A stretch of 64,000 nucleotides of DNA from Nemertoderma westbladi. Its lineage: Eukaryota; Animalia; Xenacoelomorpha. Under the pieces are notes generated by a model that saw nothing but the letters and a program-made list of their open reading frames with translations, ran no database searches and was not told the origin of the DNA. Both the position numbers and the translations under genes were made by a program. Shown piece by piece: positions 49,012 through 58,902 of this stretch; within the stretch, counting starts at the first letter, position 1, and every line of letters starts with the position of its first letter. The stretch is taken from contig JAUCBJ010008027.1 of the NCBI GenBank assembly GCA_032718475.1, forward strand, positions 1 to 64,000, read 5' to 3'.

Positions 49012-52000
49012 TTACGGTTTATGTTTGTCAACAGATTTCCATTGGGTATTTGTAATATTACTAAGGATCCACGGCTGATTATGTTGAAGAGGCTGAAATT
49101 GACCATATATACCTGTCTTCTCTGAGTCTTGTTCAAGGAGGCATAATTTCTGTATCGGTCTTTCGAGAATACTCCCATTCTGCGTCTTCAACTTAGCGCT
49201 TCTGACTAAGCCATCGCCACTGTAGTTAGGTTCTAAGACAGTAGCTGTAAGCCAATCCCGCCGTGGCCGTACAGGGTCATGAATTAAGACGATATCACCA
49301 ATATTTAGATTTGGTCGTTGGCAAAACCACTTCGATCTTAGGCGTTGAGAAGGTAAATAGTCAATCAACCAATTGTTCCAGAATCGTTGAGTCAGGAGTT
49401 GAAGAACTTTCCAGGTGCGTCGGGAATGAAGATCATTATCCTCCATTTCGGATATTGGTATCGTAATGGCTGGTTTAGAGAAGAGGAAATGTGCTGGAGT
49501 GAGAGCTTCAGCTGATTCAGAAGATTGCGAAATACGTGTTAATGGTCGGTTGTTCAAAACTAATTCGATCTGAGCCAACAATGTGCGCAAGGCCTCATCA
49601 TCCAAATACGTGTAAGTCTCATCCTCGGGCAACAGTTTGTAGAAAGCTTGTTTGACACTCTGTACCAGCCTTTCATAAGTTCCCCCATACCAAGGAGCGT
49701 GGGGTGGAGTAAAGTACCAGTCTATGAGGTTTATTTGATGATTATCAAGAAGCTCGTGTAGCGATTGCGTATTCCACTCATTGATATTCTTACGAAGCTC
49801 TTTCTCGGCCGCTACGAAGTTTCCTCCATTATCAGAGGTGATATGATGTGGTTGTCCGCGCCGTGCGATCAATCTGGACAATGCGGACAAAAACGAACCC
49901 ATGTTAGCTTGATACAAAACGTCCAGATGGATCGCCCTTGTAGTCATACATACCGCCAATAGGCCCCATCGTTTGACAGTAGTTCTGGCGCGCTTAACTA
50001 ATATCGGGCCGAACATATCCACTCCACAATTGGTAAATGCTGGCTCATATGCCGCCATCCGAACGTTGGGTAGATCTCCCATCTGTTGCTTCATCAGCGG
50101 TGAGTTGTATCTCCGGCAGTGAAGACAATTGCGCATAACATTCCGTAGATACTTCCAGGGTGAAACCAGAAAATAGTGTTGTCTCAAATGACTCAAGATA
50201 TGGTCTCTTCCTGAGTGATTAAGTTCAAGGTGAGTGTCATGAAATAATTGTTCCAAGAGGAGTGGTTCACGCAACATGATAGGATGTATAGTGTCATAGG
50301 ACACTGGAGCCATTGTTAGGCGTGTTTGAACTCGAATAATCCCATTTGACATGATTGTGGCAACACGCTGAGGGGGAATAGGATTATTATGTTGATGTTT
50401 CAAAAAAAGTTCTGGATCTGTTATTCTTTGCGAGAGGCGAAGTCTCATTTGTAAACTCGACCTTAGTTCTTCTAGTGTTAATGGACCAAAAAATCTAAGA
50501 GGTTTCTCGGTCGTATTGGGATTCTTTTGTCGCCAACAATACCAATGTGCCATGCGGCGAATGTAGCAAATATCCCGAATCGAGGCACGAAGACTTTGCT
50601 GACTGCTCAGAAGTCTTTTCAACCAAGGATGCAATCCTTTGTCTAAGTTTGGAAATTGAATCTCTTTACTTGAACCTTTTGGAATTGGGGTAGGATCATC
50701 TTCAACATTTATTATTGTATTGGTTTCTCCTGACATCAACCTAGATTTGGGGGGGTATACTCTATCGGGAACTATCTCCGCTCCCTTGGGGAGATTTAGA
50801 TCTCGCAGTACATGAGGCCACTCATCTTCTGTCTCCCACAAGAAATCTGGACCTTTCCACCATATGGAAGAATTGACTAATTCTTCTGCTGTTGAGCCAC
50901 GACAGGCCAGATCAGCTGGATTAATGGTACCAGCTATATGACGCCATTGATATAGGAGTGATCGTTTTAATATTCGAGTCACCCGGTTTGTTATAAACAC
51001 AGAGAGTTTATGTTTACGGTTATGCAGGTATTGTAATACTATGGTAGCATCAGTCCAATAATATTGTTCTACCTTAAGAGTAAGTTCAGCTGTGATAATC
51101 TCAGCAAGTTCAGTTCCCAGCACAGCAGCTTGCAATTCTGCCTTAGGGGTCGATAGTTCCTGTTTAGGCATAATACGAGATTTTGAAGCAACAAAGGTTA
51201 CTGAAAATATGCCCTTCAACTCTCGTCTAAAATAGGCCGTTGCACCCATCCCATTATCACAAGCGTCAACAAAGACATGAAGTTGAAGTTGTTCGGTTGT
51301 TTGTAAGTGAGGAAAGTATGTTCTGGGAATAGTTAATTGTTCTATATTTTTAAGGTCCTTTTCCCACTTACTCCAGGCCTCAAACAGAAATTGGGGAATA
51401 GTATCATCCCAATCTAAATCTAAAAGCCAAGTTTTCTTAAGCAAGAACTTAGCCCTCATAATTACTGGCGCAACATATCCAAATGGGTCGAAGACCTTGT
51501 GCATTTTTGAAAGGCATTGGCGTCGTGTTTTTGCTGGCACATTATCGATAAAGGCAACTGTGAAGTAGAACTCATCTTCTTGCATTCGCCAACGTAGTCC
51601 CAATGTTTTCATTACTGGGAGCTTCTCTACATCTAAGTCTAGGGTAGGGGAGGCCCGTTCTTCTGGTGGAAATGTCTGTAGTAGTTCCTTGCTGTTGCTA
51701 GCGAATTTCACCAGTCGAAAGCCACCCCGGAGCAGGCAATCTTGAACACCATGAGCAATATCAATTAAGTTTCCACTGATTGGATGTGACTTAAGAACAT
51801 CATCCATATATAAACTATTCTTTATTGTTTCAATTATAACCTTTTTGAAATCATTGGCATTGTCATCAGCTGTTGCATACACAATACTCTCAGCATTGCT
51901 AGGTGAGGATATTACTCCAAAGGGTTGGCACTTCATCCAATATTGGCTTGGCTCACCTTCAAGCTCAGTTGTCGGCCACCAATAATATCGGAGGCTGTCT

Positions 52001-55000
52001 TGGTCCACTGGGAGGGCACGTACCTGTAGAAACATTGCTTCTATATCTGCTACGAAAGCTACATTAAACTCACGAAATCTAATAAGAATTCCTACCAAAG
52101 ATTGTAATAAGTTTGGTCCAGGAAGTATCTCTGTATTGAGTGATTTACCTTTATATGTAGCATGACAGTCGAAAACAACTCGTACAGTGTTGGGTTTGTT
52201 TTCATGGGTTACAAAATGATGCGGCATAAAATATGACCTGGGACCAAATTGTTGTTGGTCAGATGGAACCAATTCTGCGCAATCAATTTTGAGGTATTTA
52301 TCCATTTGATGTTGATACATATCTAAATATTTAGGGTTCTTCTTCAGCCTTTTTCTCATGTTCAGAGCTCTATTATATGCTAGGCTAGAATTGTTAATAA
52401 GCTGTGGAGGATCATCCCGCCACAGCAGGCCAGTCTGATAATGTCCATCAGGCAGAAGTTTGCGCGTCCGATGCTGGATCTCCACAGCATGGAGGTCGTC
52501 TGGAGACATTGCTAATTTATCCTCATTCACGTTAGTGCTGTCATTCTCAAGCCATCGTTGCATGGCCAAATCAAGAGTCATATTATCCAAGGCTGAACAT
52601 TCTTCATTATTATGATAATCGTCGTTGGTTCTAGATGATTCACTATGAGTCACCAAGTGCATTAAGGTATCGTAAGTATCCTGAGTGGGCAGTTCAGTCA
52701 TGTCTCTACCTAAGGCTGCCAATTCCTGTTCTATGAATGTATCTTGTAGTCGACATACTGATTCATGAGTGAGTATTTCAATGTAATTTATACTCTCAGA
52801 TTCTCTCTCTTTTAATGTTCTCTCTGATGGTCCCGAACAATACCATCCAAGAGGTGTTCGTGCCGCAAATGGCGAACTGTATTTGGATGACCCCACTCCC
52901 AAGAAAGCTGCCGGGATTGTTTCTAAAACGCGAAAGGCTTCAGGGCAGTTCTGCCCTATGAGCATGACAACCTTAGGATCTTCAGCCGTTGCTAGAGGAA
53001 TCTGGTATTGTTTGGAAAAATCATCACTCAACCAGTCATGGGGAGTCCCAAGTGCGTTTTTTAAACCATTCATACGTATAATTTTGATGTTCTCTGCCAT
53101 TTCCCCTTCCACGTCATCCCTGGCTGGACTAAGTTTACCCTTTGCCACTACCGTAGGCATCTCTTGGTACCAGGCTACGGCCGTTAAGTGCAGGTTAGTT
53201 TCTTTGGTTACTCCAAACAACCGGTCGAAAATATCCCCATCTAGAAAGGTAGTCGAGCTACCCGTATCTACAAGAGCATTAACAATTGTTGAACCCTTAT
53301 CGCCATTTAGTCTCAAGGTCAAAACCGGAAATTCACGCACTGGACCACCTCTACGATTGAGTCTACAGGAAATTATGGCAGCATTATCGATAAAATTTGA
53401 CTCATGTTCTGCAAACTCAGTAACTCCATATTCATCACCAGCAGCATCTGAATCTGTCTCAGATTCTACTATTCTCATTGCAGCCTCTTCTCGTTTAGTT
53501 TCACGTGAGGTAAGTTCTTCTTTATGAAGGATAGTGTGGTGGGCTTCACCACAAATTTTACAACGATTTTTATTCTTACAATGGGACCGGAGGTGGAGGC
53601 TTGATAAACAGTTGTAGCAAAGTTTTTCACGTTGACAAAAGGATCTTCTTTTCTCTAGATTCATCTTATTAAAGTCTTCACATTTAAACAAGTTATGGGT
53701 ATCTCCACATTTAATACATTTCAACTCACCTGTCCCTCTGGATACAGTTGGTTTGGGTGGGATATTTTGTTTAGAAGGTCGAGTGATAGCATTAAGAGCC
53801 TTGGATTGCTGATGTCTTCCCTTTGCTGGCTTATGCAATTTCGCCACTATCCGATTTAAGAACTCATCATCATCACTTGAGTCATCTGTTCTTACTGCAT
53901 TTACCCTCGAAATTCTTTTAATATCTTTATTAAGAATTGTGGTATTATTGGGCTTTGCAACAGGCATTAAAACCAGAATATCCACCTCTTCTTCCAGAAA
54001 CTGGACAAAATGTTCGGCTTTGGCAATATTAGGATCATTCAATCGACGCTGGTGACGTAATTGTGCCTTTACCCATCGTCGACGAGTGGGTTCTGTTAAC
54101 TTAGCTGCGAGATCGTTCAATATCTTAGTGTTATCTAGCTGAGGTCCAGCCCCGAGTTGATGCAACTGTTGGAAAGTCCATTTTACCTCATCTGCGAATT
54201 CAATTACCTTTTCAGGTTGGCTTACAGGTTCCATTTTCAAAAGTTTCTCCAATAATGATGCAATTATGGATTGCTCTCGACCATAACGTTTGTTCAAACC
54301 TTCCCAGGCCTTTATGAATCCATCCTGAAGACCAACACAACTTTCTACCATCCTTAAAGGTGCATCTTCTACCATAGCCATCAAATAGTTCAAGTTTTCT
54401 TGATCCGTCAAGTGGAATCCCAAAACTGCTGTCTCAAAGTGATGTCTGAAGGTTACCCAATCATCTGCAGCACCAGAAAATTTCTTTAACTTTATTTTCG
54501 GAAGATTTCTCTCAGCCGTAAGTCTATTCATAGCATGTGCTATGGTTGGTTCCATCGATGAAGTATTAATTCTACTGGACTGAAGCATCCCTATATCCCT
54601 CGATGCCAAAGGAGGTGGACACCCTTCACCCAGTGGAGCAGAAGTTGAATTTGATCTATCAATATTATCCTGGTATGTATTATTTACTAGTTGACTTCTA
54701 GAAAGGTTATTGTGAGTTTGACCCCCTGGAGCGTTCATACTACCATTGGAAGTTAGAGTTTCATGAGGGGGCAGTTGGGCCGTATCTGCATTGAGCGCAA
54801 CTTCTGCTTGGATCATATCCACATGATCAAAGCAACTCTTCCGAAGGTCCTTTAACCGTATGTCCATGTTCTTGGCTAGCTGACTTATGTGATGTCCCCA
54901 GTGCCCATGGGGTGGTTGTAAACCCTGTATTTCATTAATCTTCTGGGATAAACCCTGCAGACTCTGCTCCATTTCATATCTCCAATTCGAATAGTGGTCT

Positions 55001-55452
55001 ATTGGTGACCATCCCATTTTGTTATCGTATATAGCATTTGTGTGTTTAGGAATGGTTCCGCCTATACTTGTAGAGTATTGCATGGATATTGGAGGTGGTA
55101 CAGGTATTGATTGTATCCTTGGATGTAAGATAACCTTTGGTTCTCTCGAGGTTTGATACCTCGGTGAAGATAATTGTGGTCTATTTCCACTTCCAGGATT
55201 CTTCTGGAAATAGTGGGAGGATGGTGCCATCTCAGTGTCCTGCCGCTCATATCTAATCTCTGGGGTTACATGTCTTGGCTCAATTCTACCAGGTTTAGGA
55301 GTTCCTTTTGCCTCTTTCAAAGCCTCTGATTCTAGGAGAATTCTATGTTTTTCTGGTGGAATTTCGTCAGCTCGCCTCTTGTTAGGTACTGGTGGGCAAA
55401 ACTCAACATGACGTGACAAGTCGGGTTGGGTGGTTACAACGTGGACCTTCAT
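49012..55452 (-). CDS. pol: BEL gag-pol polyprotein (2146 aa): gag, 3 zinc knuckles, protease, RT, RNase H, integrase
   Basis: KKFSG..W..F, CIKC/CYNC/CKIC knuckles, ALVDTGSST, RVVFDC, YMDD, FVDAC, NPADLACRG, GVDMFGP, SDNGGNF, GGTYERL, RPIQKLCLLE. Confidence 0.96.
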   Translation of the reverse strand: MKVHVVTTQPDLSRHVEFCPPVPNKRRADEIPPEKHRILLESEALKEAKGTPKPGRIEPRHVTPEIRYERQDTEMAPSSHYFQKNPGSGNRPQLSSPRYQTSREPKVILHPRIQSIPVPPPISMQYSTSIGGTIPKHTNAIYDNKMGWSPIDHYSNWRYEMEQSLQGLSQKINEIQGLQPPHGHWGHHISQLAKNMDIRLKDLRKSCFDHVDMIQAEVALNADTAQLPPHETLTSNGSMNAPGGQTHNNLSRSQLVNNTYQDNIDRSNSTSAPLGEGCPPPLASRDIGMLQSSRINTSSMEPTIAHAMNRLTAERNLPKIKLKKFSGAADDWVTFRHHFETAVLGFHLTDQENLNYLMAMVEDAPLRMVESCVGLQDGFIKAWEGLNKRYGREQSIIASLLEKLLKMEPVSQPEKVIEFADEVKWTFQQLHQLGAGPQLDNTKILNDLAAKLTEPTRRRWVKAQLRHQRRLNDPNIAKAEHFVQFLEEEVDILVLMPVAKPNNTTILNKDIKRISRVNAVRTDDSSDDDEFLNRIVAKLHKPAKGRHQQSKALNAITRPSKQNIPPKPTVSRGTGELKCIKCGDTHNLFKCEDFNKMNLEKRRSFCQREKLCYNCLSSLHLRSHCKNKNRCKICGEAHHTILHKEELTSRETKREEAAMRIVESETDSDAAGDEYGVTEFAEHESNFIDNAAIISCRLNRRGGPVREFPVLTLRLNGDKGSTIVNALVDTGSSTTFLDGDIFDRLFGVTKETNLHLTAVAWYQEMPTVVAKGKLSPARDDVEGEMAENIKIIRMNGLKNALGTPHDWLSDDFSKQYQIPLATAEDPKVVMLIGQNCPEAFRVLETIPAAFLGVGSSKYSSPFAARTPLGWYCSGPSERTLKERESESINYIEILTHESVCRLQDTFIEQELAALGRDMTELPTQDTYDTLMHLVTHSESSRTNDDYHNNEECSALDNMTLDLAMQRWLENDSTNVNEDKLAMSPDDLHAVEIQHRTRKLLPDGHYQTGLLWRDDPPQLINNSSLAYNRALNMRKRLKKNPKYLDMYQHQMDKYLKIDCAELVPSDQQQFGPRSYFMPHHFVTHENKPNTVRVVFDCHATYKGKSLNTEILPGPNLLQSLVGILIRFREFNVAFVADIEAMFLQVRALPVDQDSLRYYWWPTTELEGEPSQYWMKCQPFGVISSPSNAESIVYATADDNANDFKKVIIETIKNSLYMDDVLKSHPISGNLIDIAHGVQDCLLRGGFRLVKFASNSKELLQTFPPEERASPTLDLDVEKLPVMKTLGLRWRMQEDEFYFTVAFIDNVPAKTRRQCLSKMHKVFDPFGYVAPVIMRAKFLLKKTWLLDLDWDDTIPQFLFEAWSKWEKDLKNIEQLTIPRTYFPHLQTTEQLQLHVFVDACDNGMGATAYFRRELKGIFSVTFVASKSRIMPKQELSTPKAELQAAVLGTELAEIITAELTLKVEQYYWTDATIVLQYLHNRKHKLSVFITNRVTRILKRSLLYQWRHIAGTINPADLACRGSTAEELVNSSIWWKGPDFLWETEDEWPHVLRDLNLPKGAEIVPDRVYPPKSRLMSGETNTIINVEDDPTPIPKGSSKEIQFPNLDKGLHPWLKRLLSSQQSLRASIRDICYIRRMAHWYCWRQKNPNTTEKPLRFFGPLTLEELRSSLQMRLRLSQRITDPELFLKHQHNNPIPPQRVATIMSNGIIRVQTRLTMAPVSYDTIHPIMLREPLLLEQLFHDTHLELNHSGRDHILSHLRQHYFLVSPWKYLRNVMRNCLHCRRYNSPLMKQQMGDLPNVRMAAYEPAFTNCGVDMFGPILVKRARTTVKRWGLLAVCMTTRAIHLDVLYQANMGSFLSALSRLIARRGQPHHITSDNGGNFVAAEKELRKNINEWNTQSLHELLDNHQINLIDWYFTPPHAPWYGGTYERLVQSVKQAFYKLLPEDETYTYLDDEALRTLLAQIELVLNNRPLTRISQSSESAEALTPAHFLFSKPAITIPISEMEDNDLHSRRTWKVLQLLTQRFWNNWLIDYLPSQRLRSKWFCQRPNLNIGDIVLIHDPVRPRRDWLTATVLEPNYSGDGLVRSAKLKTQNGSILERPIQKLCLLEQDSEKTGIYGQFQPLQHNQPWILSNITNTQWKSVDKHKP

Positions 55453-56640
55453 TCACTTTCTATCTTCTAGGTTTTTGTCTATCAAGTGATCCTCTCGATT
55501 TTCTTCCATAACCAACCGATTCAAATCAGGTACCAGGGGTTGCTGTAAATATCGCTGCAACGTCTCGGAACTGGGATTAATTGGAGATGAGCTGATAGGT
55601 CCTCTTGCAGCTGGTAGCAAAGACTGCCCTTCTTGCTCAATTGAAACAAACGGGGCATCATCCAGAATGGTGTCATTTACTTCCTGCAGCTGGGACTGCA
55701 GACGGATAAATTTATGTTGTTGATCTAGGGCATCATTCTGCAATTGAAACTCCATATCTTTCAGTTTCTTTTGTTCCGCTAACTCCTCAAATATATTATC
55801 TTGATGACGTTGTTCCGCAGCAACTCTTTCTTCAACCTCTCGTTTCTTAGATTGGGCTATCCTTTCTTCCACAGCTTGTTGGTTGGCTCTCTTCTGGGAG
55901 CTCAGTATTATGTTATCTCTCAGTTGTTGTGCTTCTGTTTGCTTTCGTTGAGTGATCAATTCTTCCTGTTGTTGATATTCCTGAAGGCGACGATCCCTAT
56001 GTTTCTTTGCTATTTCAAAGCGTTGCATCCGGTCCTCCCTTTTTGAAGAGGCAACACTGCTTTCGCTTAATGTGCAGGTCGGGGGTGAAAATAGAGGCAT
56101 CATTACTCCTGCTGCTCCACACCATTTTTGGTATAGACTAGATATTTTTTGGTATCTGCCATCGTGCTCACGTGCGCGCATCTGTAATCTATGATCAAGA
56201 GTGTCCAATTGTCGGGCCTTGGCAACGAGACGTATCCACTCCAAATGAGACATAAGGCGTTGTCGTTTTGCTTCCAATTCAACATTCCATGTGTATACTT
56301 CGTCTGGACGGTGAGCCTGGAAATACTCGGGGGTGAGTTTCGCTTCCAATGTGTTGAGATACCGTGTCGACGCTGATAAATATCCGGAGCTTATGTGGTC
56401 TAAACGTTCACAAGAGACAGTGGGGTCAATACCCTCCAATTTCAACTGCATACAAGCTGATAAGTAGGAGTCTGTGGCTCTCTCACTAAGGGGTCTCGTT
56501 GTTACAGCTAATAGCTGGTGTTCTTCTGATTTGGTTTCATCACTTTCTTGCTGTGGGGGAACTACTGTTAAGTCAGAAGCTGTTAGCGAATTGTTCGGAT
56601 TTTCCCCATCTGTGGTATACTGTCCATTTTCATCAGACAT
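55453..56640 (-). CDS. gag: N-terminal coiled-coil part of element C gag (395 aa), in frame with the polyprotein, separated by one TGA
   Basis: E/Q/R-rich helical region; ends AAG TGA, immediately followed by ATG in the same frame. Confidence 0.85.
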   Translation of the reverse strand: MSDENGQYTTDGENPNNSLTASDLTVVPPQQESDETKSEEHQLLAVTTRPLSERATDSYLSACMQLKLEGIDPTVSCERLDHISSGYLSASTRYLNTLEAKLTPEYFQAHRPDEVYTWNVELEAKRQRLMSHLEWIRLVAKARQLDTLDHRLQMRAREHDGRYQKISSLYQKWCGAAGVMMPLFSPPTCTLSESSVASSKREDRMQRFEIAKKHRDRRLQEYQQQEELITQRKQTEAQQLRDNIILSSQKRANQQAVEERIAQSKKREVEERVAAEQRHQDNIFEELAEQKKLKDMEFQLQNDALDQQHKFIRLQSQLQEVNDTILDDAPFVSIEQEGQSLLPAARGPISSSPINPSSETLQRYLQQPLVPDLNRLVMEENREDHLIDKNLEDRK

Positions 56641-57276
56641 GTTTAAAATTGATATATGAAATATTCAACAAAGGCCTAATAAAGCCAAATGGTCTGAATG
56701 TCTTAAAAAGAAGTAGGCTTACTACTACGTTTACGGAACCGAATATAAATGTTGGGTAGGCCTACTCTATCTGTACCTATTGGGAGCAGTAGGGAAGCGT
56801 AATATGATATCCCCTTTTCACAAAAGTAAATATCCGGAGCTTATGCGGTCTAAACGTTCACAAGATACAGTGGGGTCAATACCCTCCAATTTCAACTGCA
56901 TACAAGCTGATAAGTAGGAGTCTGTGGCTCTCTCACTAAGGGGTCTCGTTGTTACAGCTAATAACTGGTGTTCTTCTGATTTGGTTTCATCACTTTCTTG
57001 CTGTGGGGGAACTACTGTTAAGTCAGAAGCTGATGGCGAATTGTTCGGATTTTCCCCATCTGTGGTATACTGTCCATTATCATCAGACATGTTTAAAATT
57101 GATATATGAAATATTCAACAAAGGCCTAATAAAGCCAAATGGTCTGAATGTCTTAAAAAGAAGTAGGCTTACTACTACTTTTACTGAATCGAATATAAAT
57201 GTTGGGTAGGCCTACTCTATCTGTACCTATTGGGAGCAGTAGGGAAGCGTAATATGATATCCCTTTTTCACAAAAG
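56377..57276. repeat. 450-bp tandem duplication of the gag start and adjacent leader
   Basis: 56377-56826 and 56827-57276 differ by only a few substitutions; creates the 90-aa ORF 56818-57090. Confidence 0.95.
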
Positions 57277-58902
57277 ATTGTATTCAATCGTGGTCAGTGG
57301 ATAGCCTAAAAGATTAAAATTGCTGAAACAGACAGGTATGTACCGATACTGTGTTTATATTTTAAACTTAACTGCAGAACTGCAATCAAAAACTAGTAAC
57401 TTACAATTAGGCAAACACAAATATATTTACAGAATTAATAGGATTTACTGCTAGACTGAAGCAGTTAATTACTCATAAGACGAGGGTGAATAATGTCTAT
57501 ATTGTAAATATTGAAGTAGGGCCTACCTAGATACACAATTAAATAGGCCTATGCACTATGGCAGCTTGGGCTGTTGGGCAGTGTATTAAATACTAAATAC
57601 ATATAGGCTAGCTATATACTGATATTTATATAGATATGAACCATATATTGGTAGATACTGGACAGTCTGTCAGTGCCTATACTCAGATATCGGTACTTTA
57701 TATATATAATAACGAAAAAACGTCTGAGTTGAGTATAGGTAGGATGCTATTACCTTTAATATTATTATGTAATAATATTAATATACACACTTTAATAGAC
57801 AATAATAGCCTATCAAATACTGGTACTGAAATTGGTTAACTCGGTCTATCAACCAGTTATGAGTTCTGGAGTTAACTAGGTTATATATACCATACAGATA
57901 TATAGATATATACCGGTATATATATCAGTATAGGCTGATAGGCAAAACTCCTGATACCGGTATACCACTAAATCTGAACAGAAGCAGAACTGCAGAAGGT
58001 ACCGGTATATATTTATTAATTTATACAAAATATTACCAGTACCGGTACTCAGAATTTAAATTTGAAATTTCTTGGAATTAAAATTTGAATTAATCTGAAT
58101 GTGGGAATGTGAAAATGCACAACTTCACAGATCATCAGATTATAATCATGAATAACTAAAATATTAGGCCTACCTGTGTTCAGATTAGATATTTAAGACC
58201 GGTAGGCCTAGGCTACTCGCAAATGTACGGTAGCAGGGACACAGACTGACAGAAAACAGGTTCAAGACTGTATTGGCCTAGGTAGGCCTATATCTGTATA
58301 TAAAACAAACACACACACAAAAGTGCAAAACCATAAACAACTCAAATACACCTGAAAGTTTAGGTCTACTCATTCACAAAAACTACCGCTGATTGAGCTG
58401 AGCTTAGTTCCCTAATGTATGAATAGGGTTGTGTTTAGAGTATAGGTACCAGTATAAAATTTATTACAGGTACCGTACCGGTAATTATATATATTGCAAA
58501 TCTACACGGTAAACTACCGACAGACCGGTACGTTCCCAGCAGAAATGTCGCAATATAAAAGGATGTTTGCAGGTTTGGCCAATTAAATGTCAGAACGCGG
58601 TTTGACATTGACAGTTTGATTCAGCCGGTAAACATATAGGTTTGTGCCAAAAATTAAATTAAATTTGGCGGAAAAACAATAATAATGACTTGGATTGATT
58701 ATAATTTTTCCAGGGCAAATTTTCGACCCGTTGCGGAAACGAACGTCTGTCCTACCCAGCGCATATACACTGGTTGATGACCAACTGACAAAAGACACTC
58801 GATATGCGAGGTAATCTAAAGTAAATTGATCGCAGACTACAGAGTCTTTGGTGAAGAGCTGCCGTAGTCCACTAATCACCAAGGCTGCTGAGCCAAGGAA
58901 AT

